A stretch of 64,000 nt of DNA from Mobula hypostoma (taxonomy: Eukaryota): NCBI RefSeq assembly GCF_963921235.1, contig NC_086097.1:15624001-15688000 (forward strand), given 5' to 3'. Made by a program: the position numbers and the translations under genes. The notes under the pieces are model-generated. The model searched no databases. It had not been told where the DNA came from and saw only the letters and a list, made by a program, of their open reading frames with translations. Positions 52,871-64,000 of this stretch are shown piece by piece (position 1 is the first letter of the stretch; each line of letters starts with the position of its first letter).

Positions 52871-55800
52871 TCACCTGCCCTTGTTCATGGGCCCTGATGA
52901 CCTGACACCCATCCAAGAGGATCACTGGCTTCCTGCCATGGAGCTCTCCAATTCTGGTGTCACCTACAAGCTTACTAATCATGCAAATTCAAAGTAGATT
53001 CTATTACATATACATAAGTTCATACTGTATATGTCACCATGATATATACTGTATATGATCAGCCCTGATCAACTGATGATCAATTAACAAGAATGTATAA
53101 TTCCAACGGAGTGTTTGTTTCCAAGTTCAGAAAGTATAAGCTTGTGAAGAAGAAGTGCTGGTTACAGAGTTGTCATCATAACATCTCAAAATTTCAACCT
53201 CTTATAACGCTTCAGGTTCAAGAGGGCTTAGCTTCATTAACTGGATACCCAAACTTCCATATCCCATGGACCAATACCATCAAGCAAGGGCAAGAGAATA
53301 TCTGCAGATGCTGGAAATCAGAGTAACACACACAAAATGCTGGAGGAACTCAGCCGGCCAGGCAGCATTTATGGAAAAGAGTAAACAGTTGTTATTTCAG
53401 GCTAAGACCCTTCATTAGTCCTGATGAAGGGTCTCAGTCTGAAACACTGACTGTTTACTCGTTTCCATTAAACAAGGGGTCCTGGACCCCAGGGTAGGAA
53501 CCCCTGACCTAGAGGTTGTTGCCCATAAACATAACAATTATTACAGATCCAATTTTTTATGAAGATAAATATTTTCAGCATCCATTTTATACCAATACTC
53601 TGGGAAACATTTGGCTATGTAATAAACTTCTAAACATAGCTTTGGACTGATGTAATTTAACTGTTATACAGAAGTCACAGATGAATATTTGTACTCCTTC
53701 AATGTGGCTATTTAGTTTGAAAATGGAGTTACCACTAAAATACACCGGTATGTGTCCTGTTGCACAAATTAAGTTATGCTTTTGGCATTACGCAGCAGGA
53801 TAAAACAGGTGGCACCCAGTCAGAATCCTGTTTTGTACACCTCGGAGTGTTTCAATTGACTTTAATGGGCAGAATATGAACCTAACTAAGATTTATTACT
53901 TCCTTTATACTGTAGTAAGATAAGATTAGATTTATTTGTCATATGTACTGTACATCGAAACATACAGTGAAATGCATCATCTACATCAAATCAAATCGGC
54001 AAAGATTGTGCTGCACAGCCTACAAGTGTAGCCAACAGAGCATTCCTATAACTCACTAACCCTTAACCCTTCATCTTCGGAATGCACAAGCAGCAACAGG
54101 AATTGGGCACCAATCTTTCAGTTGTCACTCTAGTGCCATCACGCTAACTGCTACCGTGCCATCCTGTACACTGTTGTAACAGGTTGGGATCATTTCCGGT
54201 CTGCTTTTGTTTATCAAGAAAATGAGTATTATATTTTATTTCAATGGCAAATCTATCACGTTCAAGGAGAATTATGACAACTGCAAATTAATTCCGTTGG
54301 GTTTTGGTTTGCTGCAAAAATGCCAACATTTGCTATTAGTGGGGCTTGATTGCATCGCTGCAGAAATTCGTTACTGATGTTTTTCAACTCATGAGGTCTG
54401 AGCAATGAAGTGAGAGTACTCTTCTATACTGAGTTATAACACATCCTCCACCCACATTTAAGCTGTTCATGATTGACAAAAATATTTCATGCTTGCTTAA
54501 ACATTCCATGAATAGGAAATGTACAGAGCCCCTCCCACCCTGGGCATTCTGTCTTCTACCCACCCCACCTCCTCTGTCCCATACAAAAGCCTAAAGTCAC
54601 CAAACACTGGAATTTAGGGTAACTGCTATCCCTATATCATATCACTATTGAACAGATCTCATGTACAATACGGTAACACCTGACCTCACAATCTACCACG
54701 TCATGGCCTTGTGCTTTACTGTCTTCCTGCACTGTACCTTCTTGGTATCTGTAACATTATATTCTGCATTCTGTAATTGCTTTTTCCTTGTACTACTACT
54801 GATGTGATGGCATGCAAAACAAGTTTTTAGAATGCATTTTACTAAATTACCTACTGCATCTATTGACAGAGATGGATGAATCTCCTACCCACATTTGATT
54901 TGAAGTTGGTTGCTCCATCACTCTATGTATCCTAAGAGGTCACTGTTATGTTCTGTAACTCCATACCATAAAAAATTAATTGAAAGGAAAGCAGGATAGC
55001 CAGAAATATGAGTCTAACTTTGATTTTACTTTAAGTGAGGTGTGAACATATCATATGGTGGCGTGATGACGTATACCATTTTTGTACTTTTATAGACAAC
55101 CCACAATGCATTCAGTAAACAACAAAGAATGCTTAATCAATCTATATATATATATATATTTAATACATTACATAATAATATCATTATATAGACATTCACA
55201 GCATGGTAAATTTTTAAATTGTCTCATTCAGCCTGAAGATTTAATCACTGTGGAGGCTTTCTTACTCTTTTGGGGTAATGTCTTTCCTAATAAGGGGGGT
55301 CACTCTGCTTGGCAGGTGAGACTTGTGGCTGTGAAGCAATGTCAGGTTCTGGGGCCTCCTCCATGGTGGTTGTAGCAGCTGACTCTAGGACAGCAGGAAG
55401 TGGTTCTGACAGCTCTGGCAATGTTTCTTCTCTACCAATTCCCCTTTGATCTCCTCTACAGATGACATCAGATGCAATCTCCACTTTGTAGGAGAGTGGT
55501 TCAGTTTTGTCTTTAATCTTTCCAAGTACCCAATATTGATCTCCCACCAGGACTGTTATCCAGGAGTGAAACATTGAACCTCTTTGTTTGCGAAGCCCTC
55601 AATTTGTCTCACCTGTTTGTCCTTCTGAGGTTGGGTTTGAGAAGATCCCAGCATGAATGCAAGGGATGACCCAGGAACAGCAGAGCTGGTGAGTTGTCGG
55701 TTGTGGAGAATGCCACATTACGATATGCAAGGAGGATATTGGTGAGATTAGGATTCATTGTTCGTGTGGTGTGTTCTGCTGATATTGCTTGGAGTGCGTT

Positions 55801-56891
55801 CTTTAGACTGGACAAATCTTTCTGCCAAGCCATTCATAGCTGGGTGGTACAGGGCAGATGTAATGTATCTTATTCCATTCATTTTCAGGAATGACTGGAA
55901 TTCTTCCACAACAAACTGTGGTTCATTGTCACTGCCTAACTGTTCTGGAACACCAGTCTGTGCAAAGACTCTTCTCAACACGTAACAGTGAATGAGGCTG
56001 TAACAGAAGCTACTGGGGACACTTCTGACCACTTTGTAGCTGCATCCGCTATTATCAAGAAATTTGTGCTCATGAATGGTGTGGCAACACCCACCTGAAT
56101 CCTCTACCAGGTCAATGCAGGCCATTCGCAGGGATGGAGAGGTGCTGCTCTAAGCATCTTCTGGATGTGTTGTCATCCAGAACAGTGCATGACAAGCTGA
56201 TCAATCTGCTGATTTATCCCAGACAAAACTTTGACCTAACACTTTCATTCTGACTATGCCTAGATGGCTGATATGTAGCTCCTCCAACACCTTAGCTCTC
56301 GGTTTGGATGGTACAAGAATTCTCAATCCACATAAAGCAACTGCCGTCAAGGGGAAGTTCATCCTGGCGCTGGTAAAAATGGGGGAACTAGAGTTTCTGC
56401 TGCAAATTCCAAAACATTTTGAATTGCTATATAGATCTGAGACAACGTGAGGTGTTTTATTGTTTCTCTTTGGATCATTGCCACAATAGGCAGACTTACA
56501 TCAAGGGATCATCTTTTGTAAATTTTTTCAGATATTTCCTTTTCCAAGTGTAAATGGAACAATCCATCAGCATTTCCATGATAAGTTGTCCTATTGAATC
56601 TAATTTTGTAACTGTCATCCAAAAAACAGAAGCAATCTCTGCATTCATTCTACTACAGTTAGTGGAACACCATTCTGTGGATTGCAAATGGATGCTAGTG
56701 GTTAAGGGTCAGTAACGAGGGTAACCTCTCTACCATTAAGTATTGGTTGAATTGCTCTACACCCCAAATGAGACTCAAGGCCTCCCTGTCAATCTGTGCA
56801 TCATTTTTCTCTGCAGCAGTAGGAGAATATGATGCAAAGGCTATGGGGCGTTCACTTCCATCACTCATAACATGTGATATGACTACACCTA

Positions 56892-58115
56892 CAGTCCCTA
56901 TAAAAAGTATTCACCACCCCCCTTGGAAGTTTTCACGTTTAATTGTTTTACACCATTGAATCATAGTGGATTTAATTTGGCTTTTTTGACATTGATCAAC
57001 AGAAAAAGACTCTTTAGTGTCAAAGTGAAAACATCTCTGCAAAGTGAGTTAAATTAATTACAAATATAAAATGCAAGATAATTGATTGCATAAGTATTCA
57101 CCCACTTCAAGTCAGTATTTAGTAGTTGCACCTTTGGCAGCAATTACAGCATGATGCAGCCACCGCCATGCTTCATGGTAGGGAGGGTGTGTTTTTGATG
57201 ATGCGTGGTGTTCGGTTTAGTTTAGTGTTTAGTCTGATGGCCAAAAAGCTCAATTTTGATTTAATCAGACATTAAAACCTTCTTCCAGCTGACTTCAGAA
57301 TGCCTTCTGGCAAACTAGCCAAGATTTCATGTGAGTTTTTTTTCAATAGTGGCTTTCTTTTTGCCACTCTCCCATAAAGCTGTAATTGGTGAGGCACCCG
57401 GGCAACAGTTATTGTATACGCTGTCTCTCCCATCTCAGCCACTGAAGCTTGTAACTCCACCAGAGTGGTCATAGGTCTCTTGATGGCCTCCATAACTGGT
57501 CGCCTTCTTGCACATTCACTCAGTTTTTGAGGACGTCCTGCTTCAGGCAGATTTACATCCCTGCTATATTCTTTCCATTTCTTGATGATTGACTTAACTG
57601 TTCTCCAATGGATATTCAGCAATTTGGAAATTTTCTTGTATCCATCTCCTGACTTGTGCTTTTCAATAACCTTTTCATGTAGTTGCTTGAAGTGTTCTTT
57701 TGTCTTCATGGTGCAGTTTTTGCCAGGATACTGACTCACCAGTAGTTGGACCTTCCAAATGCAGGTGTATTTTTACTACAGTCAATTGAAACACCTTGAC
57801 TGCACACAGTGATCTCCAGTTAACTAAGTATGTAACTTCTAAAACCAATTGGCTGCATCTGTGATGATTTGGTGTATCATATTAAAGGGGGGGGGGTGAA
57901 TACTTATGCAATCAATTATTTTGTGTTTTATATTTGTAATTAATTTAGATCACACTGTAGAGATCTCTTTTCACTTTGACACAAAAGAGTCTTTTTCTGT
58001 TGATCAGTGTCAAAAAAAAACAAATTTAAATACATTTTGATTCAATGTAGTAAAACAATAAAACCTGAAAACTTCCCGGGGGGGGGGGAAGGGTGACTAC
58101 CTTTTATAGGCACTG
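56892..58115 (-). mobile_element. Tc1/mariner (Passport-like, IR/DR type) transposon with internal deletion
   Basis: TA target duplication (56890-91 and 58116-17), TIRs of about 210 bp starting CAGT, and ORF MKTKEHFKQLHEKVIEKHKSGDGYKKISK...GRPQKL (paired-like DNA-binding domain). The DDE domain is missing. Confidence 0.95.
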
Positions 58116-59056
58116 TATACCGTAAGGAGTGGTATCACAGGCACGTTTCAATGGATGATGGATCATAATGTGTGAGTACAGTGTCTGATATGACCATGTC
58201 CTCTACCTTTTTGAAAACCATCTCATAGTGCTTTGTTCATTGCCGTTTTTTCCCCAATTTAGCAATAAATTCAAGGGTGGAGCACAGCAGTCAGGATTGG
58301 CAAGAACCTATTATAGTTGTTGACTAATCCTAAAAAGGACTGCAACTGTGACACATCCTTTAGCTTTGGGGTATTCAGCACTGCTTGAATTTTCTCAGCA
58401 CACTTGAGTAATCCTTGTACATCACTGGTGTGACCACAGTAAGTGATGCTTGGTCTACAGATTTCACACTTGTTGCATTGTGCTCTGAGCCCATAACCTG
58501 TCTGGAGATTTTAGAGATGTTCCTTGTCATTCTTACCAGTAACAATTATGTCATCCAGTCAACACTGAACTCCTGAGCAGTAATGCAGCTCCTGGTGCAT
58601 AGCTCTCTGCCAGACTGCAAGTGCCTGTCTCCCTGACATACTGTTTGCACGTGTCCTACTTCATTGCAATTTCTGCACGTTTTGCTTTTAAACCTGCATT
58701 GGTCTGTCGTATGTGAGCCCCTGCCACAACGGTAAGACAATTTGTTTGGCCAGGCAGGTTTCTGATAAGACATTGTAATTTTTCTCATGCTCACTTTCAT
58801 TTCTGACTACAACTCAATTGTGTCTCTACTGTTTCCATTGATACAACAATTTCAACTGCACTTTTCAATGTAAGGTGTGCTTCAGTTAGGAGCTGTTTTT
58901 AAATGCTTACTTGTAAGACTCCATGAACTAAACGATCTCTCAGCGCATCATTAAGCCCTTCATTGAACTGACAATGTTCAATCTCTTCAATTCAGCCATG
59001 TACGCTGAAATGGACTCTCTCCGCTTATGAAACCTAAAGCATTCTGCAATCAACAA

Positions 59057-60259
59057 TGGATGAAGGCAAGGCTGTGGATATTGTCCACATGAACTTTCGC
59101 AAGGCATTTTACACAAGGTCCCACATAGGAGGTTGGTCAAGAAGGTTCAATCGCTCAGCAGTCAAGATGAGGTAGTAAATTGCATTGGATATTAGCTTTG
59201 AGAGAGAAGATAGAGAGCAGTAGAAGATGGTTGCCTCTCTGACTGGAGGCCTGTGACTCTTGGTGTGCTGCAGGGATCGGTGCTGGGTCCATTATTGTTT
59301 GTCATCTATATCAATGATCTGGATGATAATGCGGTTAACTGGATCAGCAAATTTGCGGATGACACCAAGATTGATGATATAGTGGACAGCGAGGAAGGCT
59401 ATCTTAGCTTGCAGAAGGGTCTAGATCAGTTAGAAAAATGGGCTGAGAAATGGCAGATGGAATTTAATGCTGAGAAGTGCGAGGTGAAGCACCTCGGTAG
59501 GACCAACCAGGGTAGGTCTTACATTGTGAATGGTAGGGCACTGAGGAGTGTGGTAGAACAAAGGGAATACAGGCTCATAATTCGTTGAAAGTAGCATCAC
59601 AGGTAGATAGGGTCATAAAGACAGCTTTTGACACATTTACCTTCAAAAATCAAAGTATTGAGTACAGGAAATGGGATGTTATGTTGAAGTTGTATAACAT
59701 GTTGGTGAGGCCTAGTTTGGAATATTGTGTGCAGTTTTTGTTACCAACCTACAGGAAAAATGTAAATAAAATTGAAAGAGTGTAGAGAAAATTTACAAGG
59801 ATGTTGCTCAGTCCAGAGGATCTGGGTTATAAAGAAAGGTTGAATAGGTTAAGACTCTATTCATTGGAACGTAGAAGATTTGTTAGAAGTATACAAAATT
59901 ATGAGAGATATAGATAGGGTAAATGCAAACAGGCTTTTGCCACTGAGGGTGGCTGGGACTACAACCAGAAATCATAGGTTAAGGGTAAAAGGTGAAAAGT
60001 TTAAGGGGAACATGAGGAGAAACTTCTTCACTCAGAGGGTCGTGAGAGTGTGGGATAAGCAGCCAGCACAGGTGGTGTATGTGAGCTCGATTTCAAGTTT
60101 AAGCAATGTTTTGATATGTACATGGATGGTAGCGGTATGGAGGGCTATGATCCCGGTGCAGGTCGATCGGAATAGGCAGTTTAAATGGTTCAGCATGGAC
60201 TAGATGGGCTGAAGGGCCTGCTTCTGTGCTGTACTTTTCTATGACTCGATGACTCTATG
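59057..60259 (+). mobile_element. CR1 LINE (RT plus 3' UTR) inserted in the Gypsy gag region
   Basis: GVLQGSVLGP, KFADD and LEYCVQF motifs; ctatgact tail. Confidence 0.93.
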
Positions 60260-61050
60260 TCAGCAAAGCTAATTTCAGCTGGTTTGTTTGGAGTAGTCAC
60301 GTTTCTAAGCAAACAATATGCCTTTAAATCAAATGCTCTCAGCAAATTTGGCACTTGCTTCTCATCGGCTATTTAATTTGCTTTAAAATAATACTCAATT
60401 CGCTCCGTATACAATATCCAGTTACCTGTTGAGTAATCAAACACATCAAACTTTCCTATGTAGACAGCCATTTCTGCACTTTTTTATGATTATTACAGTA
60501 CTCACTGTTTTTGAATCCATGGATTTTTCTGTTTCTTGCTTCAACCTTGTCTGACCGCTTTTTTGAAGATCATGTACAGCGCTGTTTCTTTTTACTTGAT
60601 CATTACTCTCTGCACTTCTTAAAAATTCAAACATTTCTCTGTGTTACAACTCAGATTTGTTTAAAACTTACTCGTCACCACTGTTATGATTTGCAACTCC
60701 AAAATATAAAACTAACTGAAAGAAAAACAAGGGAGTCTGAAATGCGTTTCTAACTTTGTTTTTACTTTAAGTGAGATGAGCACGTGTCACGTGGTGGTGT
60801 GATGATGTATGCCATCTATGTACTTTTACATAAACCTGCAATGTTTTATGCAAATAACAAAGAATACTTAATATAATTACAATGTTACTCAAATATTACT
60901 GAAATATTTAATTCACAACGGTCGCCAGGGTCGTTTAGAAAATGTCATACTGCTAAGTTGCTATCGTTCTTCCTGTTTCAGATGTTTATTCCTCACAATG
61001 CTTCCCTTGTTCCTGCTGCCTTTAGTGAAATGAAACACATAACCTCCATG

Positions 61051-61628
61051 AATGTTGCAGCTATATAGGACCCTGGTCAGGACCCCACTTGGTGTACTGT
61101 GCTCAGTTCTGGTCACCTCACTGCAGGAAGGACGTGGAAACCATAGAAAGGGTGCAAAGGAGATTTACAATGATGTTGCCTGGATTGGGAAGCATGCCTT
61201 ATGAGAATAGGTTGAGTGAACTCAACCTTTTCTCCTTGGAGCAACGGAGGATGAGCGGTGACCTGATAGAGGTGTATAAGATGATGAGAGGCATTGATCA
61301 TGTGGATAGTCAGAGGCTTTTTCCCGGGGCTGAAATGGCCAGCATGTAAGGGCATAGTTTTAAGATGCTTGGAAGTAGGTACGGAGGAGATGGCAGGGGG
61401 AAGTTTTTTATGCAGAGAGTGGTGAGTGCGTGGAATGGGCTGCTGGCAGCGGCGGCGGAGCCAGAAACGATCGGGTCTTTTAAGAGACTCCTGAATACGT
61501 ACATAGAGTTTAGAAAAATAGAGGGTTATGGGTAAGCCTAGGTAGTTCTAAGGTAAGGACATGTTTGGCACAGCTTTGTGGGCCAAAGGGCCTGTATTGT
61601 GCTCTAGGTTTTTCTATGTTTCTATGTT
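61051..61628 (+). mobile_element. CR1 3' fragment, same subfamily as 2598-3325
   Basis: Colinear, highly similar sequence including GLGSMPYENRLSEL and a (tctatgtt) tail. Confidence 0.92.
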
Positions 61629-61634
61629 TACAAT

Positions 61635-64000
61635 TTACAATGGGATGTAGAAAATGCATGCCAAAAGGGCAATTTTGCAATAGACATGAAGGATTCCAAT
61701 ATGCAGTTAGATTGGGAAAATCAGGTTGGTGTGGGATTCCAAGAGGGGGAGTTTCTAAAATGTCTACTAGATGGCTTTTTAGAGCAGCTTATGTTTGAAC
61801 CCACTAGCGAATCAGCTATTTTGGATTGGGTGTTGTGCAGAATTGATAAGAGAGCTTAAGGTAAGAGAACCCTTAGGAGAAAAACAATCATAATATGATC
61901 AAATTCAACTTGAAATTTGAGAAGGAGGAGCTAAAGTCAGATGTATCAGTATTACAGTGGAGTAAGAGAAATTACAGAGGCAGGAGAGAGTAGCTGGCCA
62001 GAATTGATTGGTAAAGAACACTGGCAGGGATGACGGCAGAGCAACAATTGCTGGAATTTCTGGAAGCAATCTGAAAAGCACAGGATATATACATCCCAAA
62101 GAGGAATAAGTATTTTAAGGGCAAGATGACACAACCATGGCTAACAAGGAAAGTCAAAGCCAACATAAAAGCCAGAGGGCATATATTAGAGCAAAAATTA
62201 TTAGGAAGTTAGAGATATCGAAAGCTTTTAAATACCAATAGAAGGCAACTAAAAACTCATTAAGAATGTAAAGATGGAATATGAAAGTAATTGGAGGAGC
62301 AAATCTGCAGAGAGATAGCAGGCAACTGGAGGAAACATAAAGTTGTGGTGGTAGGGGATTTTAATTTTCCATATATTGATTGGGACTCCCATACTGTTAG
62401 GAGACTAGATGGTTTAGAGTTTGTAAAATGTGTTCAGGAAAGTTTTCTAAATCAATATATAGAGGGACCAACTAGAGGGGATGCAATATTGGATCTCCTG
62501 TTAGGAAACGAGTTAGGACAAGTGACAGAAGTGTGTGTAGGGGACCACTTTTGTTCCAGTGATCATAACACCATTAGTTTCAACTTGATCATGGACAAGG
62601 ATAGATCTGGTCCTAGGGTTGAGGTTCTTAACTGGAAGAAGGCCAAATTTGAAGAAATGAGAAAGGATCTAAAAGGCGTGGATTGGGACAGGTTGTTCTC
62701 TGGCAAAGATGTGATCGGTAAGTGGGAAGCCTTCAAAGGAGAAGTTTTGAGAGTGCAGAGTTTGTATGTTCCTGTCAGGATTAAAGGCAAACTGAATAGG
62801 AATAAGGAACCTTGGTTCTCAAGGGATATTGCAACTCTGATAAAGAAGAAGAGGGAGTTGTATGACATATGTAGGAAACAGGGAGTAAATAAGGTGCTTG
62901 AGGAGTATAAAAAGTGCAAGAAAATTCTTGAAAAAGAAATCAGGAGGGCTAAAAGAAGACATGTTGCCTTGGCAGTCAAAGTAAAGGATAATCCAAAGAG
63001 CTTTTACAGGTATATTAAGAGTAAAAGGATTGTAAGGGATAAAATTGGTCTTCTTGAAGATCAGAGTGGTCGGCTATGTGCGGAACCAAAAGAAATGGGG
63101 GAGATCTTAAATGGGTTTTTTTGCGTCTGTATTTCCTGTAAGGAAACTGGCATGAAGACTATGGAATTAAGGGAAACAAGAGATCATGGAAACTGTACAG
63201 ATTGAAAAGGAGGAGGTGCTTGCTATCTTGAGGCAAATTAAAGTGGATAAATCCCCAGGACCTGACATGCTATTCCCTCGGACCTTGAAGGAGACTATTG
63301 TTGAAATTGCAGGGGCCCTGGCAGATATATTTAAAATGTCGGTGTCTACGGGTGAGGTGCCAGAGGATTGGAGAGTGGTTCATGTTGTTCCGTTGTTTAA
63401 AAAAGGATCGAAAAGTAATCCGGGAAATTATAGGCCAGTAAGTTTGACGTCGATAGTGGGTAAATTATTGGAGGGAGTACTACGAGACAGAATCTACAAG
63501 CATTTGGATAGACAGGGTCTTATTATGGAGAGTCAACATGGCTTTGTGCGTTGTAGGTCATGTTTGACCAATCTATTGGAGTTTTTCGAGGAGGTTAACC
63601 AGAAAGTGGATGAAGGGAAGGCAGTGGATGTTGTCTACATGGACTTCGGTAAGGCCTTTGCAAGGTCCCGCATGGGAGGTTAGTTAGGAAAATTCAGTCG
63701 CTAGGTGTACATGGAGAGGTGGTAAATTGGATTAGACATTGGCTCAATGGAAGAAGCCAAAGAGTGGTAGTAGAGAATTGCTTCTCTGAGTGGAGGCCTG
63801 TGACTAGTGGTGTGCCACAGGGATCAGTGCTGGGTCCATTGTTATTTGTCATCTATATCAATGATCTGGATGATAATGTGGTAAATTGGATCAGCAAATT
63901 TGCTGATGATACAAAGATTGGAGGTGTAGTGGACAGTGAGGAAGGTTTTCAGAGCCTGCAGAGGGACTTGGACCAGCTCGAAAAATGGGCTGAAAGATGG
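61635..64000 (+). mobile_element. Old CR1 endonuclease fragment (61635-62290) joined to a young CR1 ORF2 (62291 to window end)
   Basis: 304-aa and 165-aa ORFs with VGDFN, ILDLLL, SDH, KSPGPD, GNYRPVSL, QHGF and YMDFGKAF; then [10 protein letters not shown] and KFADD near 63800-63910. Confidence 0.95.

Larger units (their letters stand above)
54944..60920 (-). mobile_element. Internally deleted Gypsy/Ty3 LTR retrotransposon with nested Tc1 and CR1
   Basis: Similar LTRs at 54944-about 55180 and 60682-60920, PBS TGGTGACGAG (60671-60680), TSD gtcac/gtcgc. Contains gag zinc knuckles (58546-58800), RT LDDIIVTG, RNase H CDTTPYGIG...SERPIAFAS, and integrase SDNEPQF...HPAMNGLAERFVQ. Confidence 0.9.

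Noticed and set aside
60982..61025. Phase-1 acceptor followed by a Cys-containing frame, as the next fibulin EGF exon
   Set aside because: It reads DVYSSQCFPCSCCL then stop, with no cbEGF consensus.
1..64000. CRISPR arrays, rRNA genes, prokaryotic operons
   Set aside because: None seen; the window is eukaryotic intronic and intergenic DNA.

Overview
Repeat-dense vertebrate genomic DNA, most likely a cartilaginous fish (probably a ray). That call is inferred from the mix of CR1, Rex1/Babar, Penelope, V-SINE/HE1-like and Deu-SINE repeats. One host gene is visible on the + strand: the 5' coding part of a short fibulin (FBLN5/EFEMP1/EFEMP2 family, closest to fibulin-5). It has three canonical GT-AG exons (32656-32736 signal peptide, 38688-38736, 41682-41957) encoding the N-terminal modified cbEGF domain. 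I found no further exon, so the gene probably continues past the window end. A candidate promoter/non-coding first exon lies at about 14450-14847. Most of the rest is transposon-derived. This includes a near-intact Rex1-type LINE, many CR1 copies, Penelope elements carrying minimal hammerhead ribozyme motifs, a Gypsy element with a nested Tc1 and CR1, RTE and HERO fragments, and SINEs. The main leads are a possible fourth short-fibulin paralogue with KGD in place of RGD, a fold-back Penelope-derived mini-element family, and a decayed non-repeat ORF region at about 35970-36900 that may be an endogenous viral element. Family names and reference-protein comparisons are from memory, not database searches, and repeat boundaries are approximate unless TSDs or TIRs are given.
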